Shown here one piece after another: positions 10,937-20,755 of a stretch of DNA of 64,000 bases. Position 1 is the first letter of the stretch. Every line of letters begins with the position of its first letter. The position numbers and the translations under genes were made by a program. Source of the DNA: Methanobacteriota archaeon (GTDB taxonomy: Archaea > Halobacteriota > Bog-38 > Methanoflorentales > Methanoflorentaceae); NCBI GenBank assembly GCA_963720465.1, contig OY970393.1, positions 352,001 through 416,000 on the forward strand, given 5' to 3'. Below the pieces are notes generated by a model. The model searched no databases, was not told where the DNA came from, and saw only the letters and a list, made by a program, of their open reading frames with translations.

Positions 10937-11365
10937 CTACGGCACTAAGACAGTATCAATAATGTGGATGACACCGTTGCTGCCTTCAATATCGGCCTCT
11001 TTTACCACCGCGTCATTGACCTTTATGCCGTGGCGCAACCAGCGCTGCTCCTCAATCTTGAGCGTTGCGCCTTGCATGGTAGTAACGCTTTTTTCTTTGC
11101 GCAAGTTCGAGGTCACAAGCTTCTCTGGAACGACGTGATAGGTCAAGATGTTCTTCGCTTTGTCAGCGTCTTCGAGCGCACTCATTATCGTGCTTCCTTG
11201 AAGCTTATCGAATGCTTCGTTCTCAGGAGCAAAAAGCGTAATCGCTTCGGCATTTTTAAGGGTATCGGCTAATCCCGCCATCACAATCGTACTGTGGACT
11301 CTCGATAGTTCATCGATGTGCGACACAATCTCAACGACATCTAAGTTGAATTTCATCTTAATCAC
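10937..11365 (-). CDS. Fasciclin (FAS1) domain protein
   Basis: 'TLFAPENEAF', 'ILTYHVV', 'NGVIHIIDTVL' FAS1 motifs. Confidence 0.92.
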   Translation of the reverse strand: MIKMKFNLDVVEIVSHIDELSRVHSTIVMAGLADTLKNAEAITLFAPENEAFDKLQGSTIMSALEDADKAKNILTYHVVPEKLVTSNLRKEKSVTTMQGATLKIEEQRWLRHGIKVNDAVVKEADIEGSNGVIHIIDTVLVP

Positions 11366-11746
11366 CTGCTTTGCTGACCAGCCATGCTGGATTTGCCTCT
11401 AAGACTTGTACATTTAAGAAGTTTTCTCAAACTCTTGAAGGAAGCGCCCGTAATCGCTTGCGAGTCTCTTTTTTTGCCAAATTCATCTTTTGAATTGCTA
11501 TCTATATCCCAGCTAGCAAATCTTCTGGTGCACCAGAATAGTTGTAGACAGCGGTCTTTTTGTTCACTTTAACCTCCTTTGTAACGGAATCAAAAGAGTA
11601 AAATGGGGGTTCAATAGTTTAAGGTTGCTGTTTTAGCTGCGCACGCTTGATACGTCGAAGAAGAAGGGACCTCGTAAGCGACGCTGCCGAATTCAAAACA
11701 CTACTCTTAAGCTTTGTTAGATAGCCTTCTATACGATTCATTTTCA

Positions 11747-11884
11747 ATGGCTAAAGCTAAGGATACGCAGTCCAAAAAATCGGCAATCGTTAAGCCGCTA
11801 ACTGGCACTATGTCAGTCGATGAGTGGCTTGCGGCGCCAAAGAAACGGCGCACAAAAAAGCGGAAGCGAAGAAGTAAGAAGTAA
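11747..11884 (+). CDS. Small highly basic protein (45 aa)
   Basis: Manual translation MAKAKDTQSKKSAIVKPLTGTMSVDEWLAAPKKRRTKKRKRRSKK*. Confidence 0.4.
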   Translation: MAKAKDTQSKKSAIVKPLTGTMSVDEWLAAPKKRRTKKRKRRSKK

Positions 11885-12517
11885 GCCCCGGTGCCCTGGT
11901 GATGCGTCTATTTTGCCAGGGTGTTATCATCCTGAAAATATGGGCTTTTTGTCTCTGTACAATTAAGATAATTCCGACCGGACGTCACGGGAAAATAACG
12001 ACGCAACGCGCCCCGTTTATCCCGACCAGGAAGGGGCGATATATCTATAGACTGCCTCGACCGACTCAATGAGATATAAAACTCACACTAAGCGACCACC
12101 ACCAAAATCCGAATCTCAACGAACGCCGTGGCAGCCGTAACGACTTCTCAAAACAACGAAAATGTATCCTCTTGTACATGCTTCGTTATATGCTATCATC
12201 TAGCGAAATTGGCACCTACAGAAGTGCGTTGCCCCCCAGCTTTTTTGAGACGCGTAGCCTTCCACTAGGTTACGATCGCCGTTGTCATCTGGATGATATT
12301 GTCGTACTGTGTGAGCTCGTGTACTGTCACTGAACCGCCTAATAGGCTGCCCTCCGTGTACGTATACTCCATGTAAACGCTGGGGTCATGGCCCGTCGCG
12401 TCGTAATAAACGTAGCTAGAGCTACTGTTTTGGTAATCCAACAACGTACAGCAGAGCGAGTCCCTTATTGCGAGTATTATCGTAGGCCGCGCCGCTTGCC
12501 AGACTGACGGTTGCGCG

Positions 12518-12751
12518 TTACGCGACTCGTCGAAGCGCGAAATACGCACCCATGTAGAAGATATCGTCTGACCCGAGTGCGTATTCCGCAATCGCATCAT
12601 CTAGCAATGGGTGTATCCGTTCAATAAAAGTATCCCACCACACCTCATTGCTGACATTTTCAACTCCTATAGGGTCTTGACTTTTCATTTCCGACGTGAT
12701 GCGGTCAACGAGTCTTTGAAGGAGTTCTGCTCGTTCCTTATCAATTCTCAT
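12518..12751 (-). CDS. Hypothetical protein
   Basis: 77-aa ORF just downstream of integrase copy 1; no recognised motif. Confidence 0.35.
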   Translation of the reverse strand: MRIDKERAELLQRLVDRITSEMKSQDPIGVENVSNEVWWDTFIERIHPLLDDAIAEYALGSDDIFYMGAYFALRRVA

Positions 12752-12845
12752 ATTCCCATCTTTTGCCGTGTTTTTTCAGACATATGTAGAACGAGTATTT
12801 CGACTTAAGCATTTTCTTTGCATTGTAGCAGGCCCGGCAATCTAC

Positions 12846-13961
12846 TCAGACTGCGAAGCGTACGCCACCCCAGTACTGCATATACACATCATAAACCGAA
12901 TCAGGAAGCGGGTGCTTGTAGCATCGCCAATCTACCCCTGAAGCACCATGCGTCAAAATATATGCCCTATTCGAATGCTCCCATTGAATGATATCACCGT
13001 GCTGCTCAGCAAATTTTCGCAGGTCACCCATTACGAAACGAGCATTGCATTGAGACAGCAGTATCTTGTGTATCTTGTGTTCCCGCAGCCACCTTTGAAA
13101 GGATAATTGCTCAAAAATAAACTTGTCATCATCTCGACCGTCGAGAAGCGGGCGGAAAGCGTCAACGACTTGGGGATGGAATGGGCAGTAATGCTGCATT
13201 CTGATTTTATCACACTCTGGCGGGATATCGAGTACAGGCGTATCCTGGCTTATCGCCTGATTAAATTGGCCTACCGTGAGTTGCGCTATCGTTGCTAGAG
13301 GCCTCTGTCCGGTGAACGCGCCGAATAGCACGATTGCTCGGTAGTTGATACGGTGATACTCGTCTATTTCATCTTTTTCAGCAGCTTGTTCGATAGCGAT
13401 GAGCACATTTTCGATATCTTGTTTGGTGACGATTCGAGCAGTGATACGCTTACGTTCTTTAAGCGCTTTCGGCATTTAGAGGAATAGTTTGAACGCTTCG
13501 TATCGTGTATCGACCCGCGCTTTTGCTAAATAACTGAAGAATGCTTTCGAGAAGTTGATGACTTTCCGCTTGGCGTAAATGTCGACGTATTTACGCAGCA
13601 CGTATTGGCGCAATACATCTACAGTCGTTTTGCTTATCTCTCCCTTTGTGCAGTCCCAAAGAATCTCCGCAGCCTTTCGTAGCCAGATTATTGTTTTTCT
13701 GCTTAGTCCGACTGCCCGCCTATCAGTATAACTTGTTAACTGGCTTTTGGAAAACGTTAGTATGAGCGTTTCCAGTGTGTCGCAATTGTTGTTCGGCGAA
13801 CAACGGCCGCTTGAATTGCAGTCTGCGCAAGAAGGCCTAGAATCAGCTAAAATGCCTAAATAAGCCCTGTTGAGGCTCCGACTCGGGCGCTTCATTTTTG
13901 TATTTAATATAGGGACGGGGCACTGCTTAGCAAAAATGCGAAAGATTAGTCCGATTGACAA
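12846..13961 (-). pseudogene. Tyrosine recombinase/integrase copy 1, single in-frame TAA
   Basis: ORFs 13476-13961 and 12846-13475 are in frame, separated only by TAA (…FL*MPK…); box I 'GAFTGQRP', 'DKIR', 'DLRKF', 'ILTHG', 'YKHPLP'. Confidence 0.85.
13863..13891 (+). mobile_element. Degenerate tRNA-Asp 3'-half att remnant (T-arm deleted)
   Basis: AGCCCTGTTGAGGCTCCGACTCGGGCGCT matches 35178-35220 apart from a deletion between the two CCGACTCGGG repeats and one loop substitution. Confidence 0.7.
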
Positions 13962-14011
13962 AATAAGGCAGTATTGTCAAAATAAGGCACGATAATACGT
14001 TTATACGAGTG
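13955..14011 (+). promoter_or_regulatory. TATA-like promoter with tandem TTG(A/T)CAAAATAAGGCA repeats
   Basis: Direct repeats followed by CGTTTATA upstream of CDS 14080; homologous to 8623-8680. Confidence 0.55.
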
Positions 14012-14079
14012 TGGCACTTTTTGTACAGTTTCCAAAAAAAAACATCGAATGTGCAACGACGAGCACCCGATGCGGATGA

Positions 14080-14757
14080 ATGATTGACATGCATTTGAAC
14101 TATAAAATGGTGAGTCTGGCAATTGCCGCGCTTGTAGTATTTTCGGTATTTTCCGGAGTTGCAGCTATTGCCACAACGGCGGCAGCAAAGAAAGGAACTG
14201 AGGTTGCGGTGACCGTAAGCAGTGACCCCGCTGGCGTGGTGTCAGGTCAAGTCGCTAACCACACGAAACTCAAGCTCCCTGCGGCAACAGTGAATAGCGT
14301 CACGTTCACGGCAACGGAAAGCGGTGTTTGGAGTGTGACCCGTCCATCAGGGGCATCGTCGATGTCACCGTCTCAGCCCGCGATGACAATTTACACGCAG
14401 GTCTCCGGCGTTTATACCGTTAGCTTGACTCCATCAGGCTCCACCAAGCCGATTTGGTCCGCGACAATAAAGGTCCCGTTTTCGGTGACCGTAAGCAGTG
14501 ACCCCGCTGGCGTGGTGTCAGGTCAAGTCGCTAACAACGCGCAAATCGACCTTCCTTCAGGAGCGGTGAATTCAGTCACGTTCACGGCAACGGAAAGCGG
14601 TGTTTGGAGTGTGACTAATCCATCAGGGGCATCGTCGATGTCACCGTCTCAGCCCGCGATGACAATTTACACGCAGGTCTCCGGCGTTTATACCGTTAGC
14701 TTGACTCCATCAGGCTCCACCAAGCCGATTTGGTCCGCGACAATAGCGGTGGTCTAA
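14080..14757 (+). CDS. Secreted Ser/Thr-rich protein with two near-identical 92-aa beta-rich domains
   Basis: Signal peptide; 276-bp internal tandem duplication (14207-14469 vs 14483-14745). Confidence 0.8.
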   Translation: MIDMHLNYKMVSLAIAALVVFSVFSGVAAIATTAAAKKGTEVAVTVSSDPAGVVSGQVANHTKLKLPAATVNSVTFTATESGVWSVTRPSGASSMSPSQPAMTIYTQVSGVYTVSLTPSGSTKPIWSATIKVPFSVTVSSDPAGVVSGQVANNAQIDLPSGAVNSVTFTATESGVWSVTNPSGASSMSPSQPAMTIYTQVSGVYTVSLTPSGSTKPIWSATIAVV

Positions 14758-14906
14758 AAACTCAAAGATGCTCAGCTCAGACAAGAGATACAGATATTTC
14801 AGGGTTCGTGAAAGGGTTTACCCCTTTTCTTCTTTCTTTGAAAATTAATCATGCGTGTAGCGGTCTGTGTTCAGCACTTGTGTGGCGACTCTAAAACTTG
14901 TGGAGT

Positions 14907-14975
14907 TCAACTCTTAAACGACACATCTCCCCAAGATCTTATATACACGTCTTAAACCTGCTCAGGCAGCGGATG
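14907..14975 (-). repeat. Integrase 3'-tail copy T1
   Basis: Translates HPLPEQV*DVYIRSWGDVSFKS*. Confidence 0.8.
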
Positions 14976-15035
14976 CCAGCAGGTACTCCATTCCCACCTG
15001 CCATTTTGTGAGTTGCAATAGGGTGCCTAGCCAAG

Positions 15036-15218
15036 CTACCTGAAAATGTGAACCCAGAGGTTGATCGCCATAGGTACCATCGTCACTACGATAACCAAGA
15101 TGACGAACAATGGCGTTATTTTTGCTTTTCCACTCCAGACAACATAAAACTCGAGAGCATCGGTGACTGCGACGATGATGGTAGCGATGATAAGAGCTCT
15201 CACAAAGAGGTCGAGCAT
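15036..15218 (-). CDS. Small two-TM membrane protein
   Basis: 60-aa hydrophobic ORF with RBS AAGGAG, sole gene between tails T1 and T2. Confidence 0.65.
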   Translation of the reverse strand: MLDLFVRALIIATIIVAVTDALEFYVVWSGKAKITPLFVILVIVVTMVPMAINLWVHIFR

Positions 15219-15273
15219 GGTTTTACTCCTTACGCTTCAGTCGATATTTGATTCAAAAACTGCTAGTGACAGT

Positions 15274-15342
15274 TTACTTGCCTAGCTGGGTATTTTGCCA
15301 ATACTTTATATAAACGTCATAAACGTGCTCAGGCAGCGGATG
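15274..15342 (-). repeat. Integrase 3'-tail copy T2
   Basis: Translates HPLPEHVYDVYIKYWQNTQLGK*. Confidence 0.85.
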
Positions 15343-15434
15343 TCGAGAATGCTCACCTCCGCGGCGTCAATCTTCCTTTTTTCGCTCATGCCGAGGGTCG
15401 CTAATAAATACTGAAGGCAGGATCAGCGAAACAG

Positions 15435-15857
15435 GTGAAGATTTTGGCCATAGGAGAGAAGCTATTTGAGGAAAAAGTCACTCCAAGAGGGTTTGCCATA
15501 AAATCCGTAGGATCCGAAGGCGTTGAATCTGAGTATAGCGTAACTGGCGAGATTACCGGCTTTGGGAAGGCCGAAGGCATCAAGGCCACCAATATGGGAA
15601 CCATGTGCAATCTTGTGCGGCCCACTGGCATAACAACGGGCACCGCGCAAGGGATCATGACCACGACTGACGGGGATTCTGTAGTCTGGAAACTCTGCTA
15701 TGCGGGCAAATCCTCTGGCGCAGGAGGGAAGTTCACGGGCACCGTGACCTTCACGACGATGTCTGAGAAGCTTGCTTGGCTCAACCGCACCATCTGCGTC
15801 ATGGAAGGCGCGGGCGACGCTAAGGTCGGAACCGACGTGTTCTACGAGTGGAGTTGA
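15435..15857 (+). CDS. Hypothetical beta-rich protein
   Basis: 140-aa ORF between tails T2 and T3; its stop overlaps the end of T3. Confidence 0.7.
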   Translation: MKILAIGEKLFEEKVTPRGFAIKSVGSEGVESEYSVTGEITGFGKAEGIKATNMGTMCNLVRPTGITTGTAQGIMTTTDGDSVVWKLCYAGKSSGAGGKFTGTVTFTTMSEKLAWLNRTICVMEGAGDAKVGTDVFYEWS

Positions 15858-16015
15858 ATACGCACATCCTTCCAATACTTCATGTAGACATCGTACACTG
15901 AATCAGGTAGTGGGTGGCGATAATTGCTCCATTCGACGCCGAAACGCCGTGAGTTAGGATATAAGCGCAGTTTGACTCATTCCACCCGACGAAGTCGTCG
16001 CGTTGTTCGGCAACT
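15842..16015 (-). repeat. Integrase 3'-tail copy T3
   Basis: KVAEQRDDFVGWNESNCAYILTHGVS / (frameshift) GVEWSNYRHPLPDSVYDVYMKYWKDVRIQLHS*. Confidence 0.85.
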
Positions 16016-16207
16016 TTGAGCAAATTAGAGAGCTTTTTACCGTGGCGCTCAAATATGCCAAGTTTGATCTGTACGCCTTTCGAGGCGCAAATACCAGTCA
16101 TATGGTATGAGGGTGTACTATATGGCCAAATGTTGGTTAGTCTAAAAATAACGAACCTATTGGGAGTTTGAGAGTTACTGGGCTCCCGACCTGAGTGTTA
16201 CGCAACA

Positions 16208-17008
16208 CTAAACTCGCAGGTACACGACGTTCATCGCTCTATTTCTGTCGGAGAGATCCATCCATCTCGTGACTGACCTACCCCACGCAGGGTCTCGTGG
16301 AATGGTGTTGAACAGGGGAAACTGATTCAAAATTTTGATGCGATTATCCCATTTTGTTATCGTGCGTGCATCCTTGAGGGCCCATTTCGTGGCGGTCATC
16401 CCCATCTTCCGCATACCCCAGTTGCTCCTTAACTTGGCGAATCTTGACTGGATATTAAACACAATCTCCGCTCCCGGAAGACCATCTGCGAGCGATGAGA
16501 AGAACGATTTTATGTCAAACCCTTGAAAGAATATGAGCACTCCGGCCGCTATCATAAATACGCCGTTTTCAGTATCAATAATGTCGTCAAGCCAACTGGG
16601 ATCCAGCAACGATTTTGCGATGCACGTCGACCGGGCAGTTTCGGGGATCAGTCGCCGTCGAAGGTCGATGACCGCAGGAAGGTCAAGGTCGTACCAGTGG
16701 ATCGATCCGTTGTCGACCCGGTAATATGTGGTGTCTAGACCCGCCCCAAGATCAATGACCGACGCTTTGGGATGCTCAGCGATGAACGCGCGGGTCTTGT
16801 CGTCGACATGCTTCGCTATTGCCGCGAACATGAGATTTCCGAGTACGCCGAGAGTTTTGTCGAACCTTGCAAAATCGTAATTAAGCTGTTCAACGAGTTC
16901 AATAGCCTTCATATCGTTAAGGATGGAGGGGTTCTCTCGACTGAATTTTGCCCGCCCCCACAGAGGAACGAGTAACGTCTCCTCTACGCCACTCAGATCA
17001 AGTTTCAT
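16208..17008 (-). CDS. Class I SAM-dependent methyltransferase (LCM/TcmP-like)
   Basis: 'ETLLVPLWGRA', 'VIDLGAGLDT', 'WYDLDLPAVI', 'AAGVLIFF'. Confidence 0.9.
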   Translation of the reverse strand: MKLDLSGVEETLLVPLWGRAKFSRENPSILNDMKAIELVEQLNYDFARFDKTLGVLGNLMFAAIAKHVDDKTRAFIAEHPKASVIDLGAGLDTTYYRVDNGSIHWYDLDLPAVIDLRRRLIPETARSTCIAKSLLDPSWLDDIIDTENGVFMIAAGVLIFFQGFDIKSFFSSLADGLPGAEIVFNIQSRFAKLRSNWGMRKMGMTATKWALKDARTITKWDNRIKILNQFPLFNTIPRDPAWGRSVTRWMDLSDRNRAMNVVYLRV

Positions 17009-17119
17009 CGTGCGTACCTGGCGAAACGTCTTCCGATATACACCAAAATGGGTGGGTAAATAAAAACGTTGTGCATTGACCGAGCTGGGAGAGATCCAGA
17101 GGAAGCTTAACTAACGAGC

Positions 17120-17350
17120 TTAGATCGTTAAACGCACATCCGCCAGTACCTCATGTGCACATCATACGCTAAATCGGGCAGTCGGTGGCGATATTACTTC
17201 CACTCAACGCCTGAAACGCCGTGCGTCATTACGTAAGCGCGTTTCGACTCACCCCACGCTATAACGCCGCCCCGATACTCAGCGAACTTACACTGATCCA
17301 ACGTGCCAAAATGGCTTGAACACCGCACCAAGGGTATTTTCTGGCTCAGC
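17120..17350 (-). repeat. Integrase 3'-tail copy T4 (degenerate)
   Basis: KIPLVRCSSHFGTLDQCKFAEYRGGVIAWGESKRAYVMTHGVSGVEWK*YRHRLPDLAYDVHMRYW. Confidence 0.8.
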
Positions 17351-17513
17351 GTGTCGCACCTGCCGTCATTGATGTAGGATAATATTGATCACTTTAAACG
17401 AAGGCCGCCGTTAGGTGTGACACAAAGGCCCTGTCACGGTTTCCCACACACACGACATGTCACGGTTTTACACGAAATCACTGCCTCACGCGGCCTTATG
17501 AAACCACGCGCAC

Positions 17514-17738
17514 TTGGGATCGGAGATGAACGTCATGGCAACGAACGTAACGGGCAAAAGAAATGTGGCCTGCTGGTATGGCCTCCACATCGGCTGCTTG
17601 GACACAAACGATCCGAACTGCACCAAGTGTGCAGAGCGCCTCTTCCACGCCGTGAACAGCGTGGTTCGCCCCCCTGCTCAGGAATGGGCGCAATCCGTTG
17701 ATACGCAAGAGCGAAGACGCGCATTGCTGGAGGCGTAG
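17514..17738 (+). CDS. Small Cys-containing hypothetical protein
   Basis: 74 aa, C-x7-C...CxxC; stop directly abuts the TrmB start. Confidence 0.45.
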   Translation: MGSEMNVMATNVTGKRNVACWYGLHIGCLDTNDPNCTKCAERLFHAVNSVVRPPAQEWAQSVDTQERRRALLEA

Positions 17739-18614
17739 ATGGATGACGATGCAGAATTCATCACCCGGCTCATTGGCTTCGGACTCAGCGAGAAAGAGGT
17801 GCAAGTTTATCTGCACTTGCTAAAGCACGGCCCTAAGACGCCGTCTCCCATAGCTAAAACGCTCAAGACGTACCCCGTAGACATCCACCGCACGCTTATG
17901 AGTCTCATTGAAAAGGAGTGGGTGCGTGCCGCACACGATTCACCTACAGTTTACGCAGCGGTTGAGCTTTGTGCGGCCCTTGATTCTACCTTGAAGAAGC
18001 ACGAGAGCGAACTTCGCGAGATGGAGGCACGAAAGCTGGGGTTGCAGGAACTCGCAAAGCAACAACAGTTCTGCCCCTCCGATGACGTAGCGACGTTCAA
18101 GATCATCAAGAGTAACAAGGAACTCATCGCTGCTGTTATACCACTTTTGGACTCGATGAAGCAGGAATGGCTTGCAGCCGTACCTGGATTGGCGACGGTC
18201 ATTGCCTCATTGTTTGGCATCAACGATGCCGCCGCGGAGTTCATTCAGCGCGGAGGCAAAGTAAAAACGATAGTCGATATCTCGCATCCAATTATCGATA
18301 ACGTGCGGGAGCTGTTGCAGATTGGTGAAGAAGTGCGCCACATCGATGAACACGGCTTGATGTTCGTCGTGTTCGACCGAAGACATAGCATGACAGTGAT
18401 AAATATCGCCGAGAGCAGCTCACTGAACGCGCCGATGACAGCTCTTTGGACCGACGATCCTACCTATGCCGAATATCTCGCAGCTACGTTCGAAATGCTG
18501 TGGAAAAAGTCAGTTCCGGCTGAAGAACATATACAAAAGCTGCTGAAACAAGGCCCTCCGCCCGATACGGAAGAGACTGCTCTTGGCCATCTCGACTCTT
18601 TGGAACTGGAATGA
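17739..18614 (+). CDS. TrmB family transcriptional regulator
   Basis: 'FGLSEKEVQVYLHLLKHGP' wHTH, coiled coil, C-terminal effector domain. Confidence 0.85.
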   Translation: MDDDAEFITRLIGFGLSEKEVQVYLHLLKHGPKTPSPIAKTLKTYPVDIHRTLMSLIEKEWVRAAHDSPTVYAAVELCAALDSTLKKHESELREMEARKLGLQELAKQQQFCPSDDVATFKIIKSNKELIAAVIPLLDSMKQEWLAAVPGLATVIASLFGINDAAAEFIQRGGKVKTIVDISHPIIDNVRELLQIGEEVRHIDEHGLMFVVFDRRHSMTVINIAESSSLNAPMTALWTDDPTYAEYLAATFEMLWKKSVPAEEHIQKLLKQGPPPDTEETALGHLDSLELE

Positions 18615-18690
18615 ACGATGAACATGGTTCGACGAACTCAGACAGCTCCTTTCTGAGCCGCCCCTGTTTGACGCTTCAAGAATGTATCTG

Positions 18691-18925
18691 CTAAGTCGTG
18701 AGAAATTTAGTATCTGCCCAATACTGCATATACAAGTCATATATGTGTTCGGGCAGGATGCTTGTAATGCTTCCAATCGACTCCGCTGACTCCATGCGTC
18801 ATTATATACGCTCGGTTTGACTGATCCCACCCTATTGCATCGCCGTATTGTTCACAAAACTTACGGAGATCACCGAGCACGAAGTGCCTCTTGAACCGTG
18901 ATATGGGGATCTTCCGTCGTTTGGC
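18691..18925 (-). repeat. Integrase 3'-tail copy T5
   Basis: RRKIPISRFKRHFVLGDLRKFCEQYGDAIGWDQSNRAYIMTHGVSGVDWKHYKHP… then frameshifted tail. Confidence 0.85.
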
Positions 18926-18972
18926 CCGCATCCCAAAAGCTATAGTGAAAAACAGCTTCATCGTCTCCTTTT

Positions 18973-19988
18973 TTGCGTCTGTTTGATGAACGGAGCTCGC
19001 CAGCTCCAGGAAAAAAGTGTAAACTCGAGTGTAAACTTTCATCCAAGTATAGCCACACTAGCATGTCGGATCTCGCGCTAACATTCACGCTTGAGGACTT
19101 ACAGGCATATCTCACGCAGCGAGCAGCAGGACTGGCACGCAAGACCGTTATATGGTTGGAAAAGGCGGCAGAACTGTTATGGAATGCAACGAAAGGCATC
19201 GTGAGCGTATCCAGGCTACAAAACTTGCGTAACTACGTACTTAAAAAATATCGCGATATCGACGCCAAACGCAAAGTCCCACCGTTTGCACGTGCATTTC
19301 TCCACTACATGTCAAAAATCAGCTTCGACCAGCGGTACGCCGCGTTTGACTTGTTCTTACAGCTCCCACGGTCGGTCAAGGAGCGCAAGCACGTCACAAG
19401 TCGCATTGTGACTAAAGACGACGTTAAAAAGTGCTCAAAGCGATAGAACAAGCACATAGGACTGGGCGAGTTGACAACTACCTTTATCTCAACTACAAAG
19501 CCTTGGTGCTATTTGCCGCGTTTACGGGACAACGACCCTTGGCAACAATCGCACGACTTACGGTGGGGCAGTTCCAGGAAGTCGTGAAACTGGAAAAGCC
19601 CATCGTCGAAGTCCTTCCACAGCAAGACAAAATACGAATGCAGCACTACTGTCCGCTCCATCCACAAGTTGTTGAGGCGATAGTGCCCCTGCTGGACGGT
19701 CGATGAGATGAAGAGCTAGTTTTTGAACAACTGTCCTTTCAGCAGTGGCTTAAGCACAACGAAGTTCGCGTTGCACAGTAATGCTTTATGGTTAACGGAG
19801 ATTTAAGGAAGTTCTGTGAACAAATGGGCGACATATTGCAGTGGGATCAGTCAAACCGAGCGTATATAATGACGCATGGAGTCAGCGGAGTCGATTGGAA
19901 GCATTACAAGCACCCATTGCCGGAAAATGTGTATGACGTTTATATGAAATATTGGACGCAGACTGAGTTCAGAACGCAGGTATTATGA
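18973..19988 (+). pseudogene. Tyrosine recombinase/integrase copy 2, frameshifted
   Basis: Three consecutive ORFs (18973-19446, 19431-19706, 19788-19988) colinear with copy 1; AFTGQRP, DKIR, DLRKF, THG, YKHPLP. Confidence 0.85.
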
Positions 19989-19999
19989 CGTGCGTGGAT

Positions 20000-20755
20000 T
20001 TATTTCCACTTTGTGAGTATTTCTTCCCTTCGGAAGGTGGCCCTGCTCACGTAAAACAAAATCGCGTCAAGAGCGAGAATAATCGCAGAAATGATCAGCA
20101 AGTTAGCAGGAGTGAGTGATACGAAAGCTATCTCAGTCGCAAGATATATCGCCGCCAAGGGGAGCACGATCAGCGCGCCGAACTGCTGGGCCGCGCGTAC
20201 GTCACTGACTCGTGCAGAGATGATGACGTTGAACTCAGTGCTTAAGATGCTGATGAGTGGCACGGTTATCAAGAGGATTACCGCCACGGTCCAATTCGGG
20301 AAATAGACGTAGCCGAGTTTGGTACTCGTCACTGCGTCCATAAGCACCATAAAAATCACCGCACCGGCATAGACCGCGCTAACGGATGGCAGAAATGCCG
20401 CGATAACTTTTCCCAGCAGGATCTCACCGTCAGTCGTAGGCGTTGCTAACAGGGGTTCGAGGGTTTTCTCAAGCTTCTCGCCGACGATGCTGTAAGCACC
20501 AATACTTATGGGGAGGAAACCTGCCAAGATGACAAAGAAAAAGGAGAAGGCGTTGAACACGTCATTAAGCCCGCTTATGATAGCTGGCAATTGTGCAGGA
20601 GGAATGGGGGCGCTTCCAATGCCAAGCCAAATGAGAGCGGGCAGTCCGATCGATAAGAACAGCGGCGTAACGACCAACGAGTAGATGACGTATCGTTTCG
20701 TCCTAAACGTGGAGAAGTCCTTCCGCGCGATCACCCACGACTTCCACAGCTTCAT
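20000..20755 (-). CDS. ABC-2 type transporter permease
   Basis: 'YSIVGEKLEKTLEPLLATP...ILLGK', several TM helices. Confidence 0.9.
   Translation of the reverse strand: MKLWKSWVIARKDFSTFRTKRYVIYSLVVTPLFLSIGLPALIWLGIGSAPIPPAQLPAIISGLNDVFNAFSFFFVILAGFLPISIGAYSIVGEKLEKTLEPLLATPTTDGEILLGKVIAAFLPSVSAVYAGAVIFMVLMDAVTSTKLGYVYFPNWTVAVILLITVPLISILSTEFNVIISARVSDVRAAQQFGALIVLPLAAIYLATEIAFVSLTPANLLIISAIILALDAILFYVSRATFRREEILTKWK

Noticed and set aside
17421-17450. AAGGCC-CTGTCAC-GGTTTCC and a similar word at ~23681-23707 as extra tRNA-Asp-like att sites
   Set aside because: Arms match the consensus poorly; cannot be told from chance by eye.
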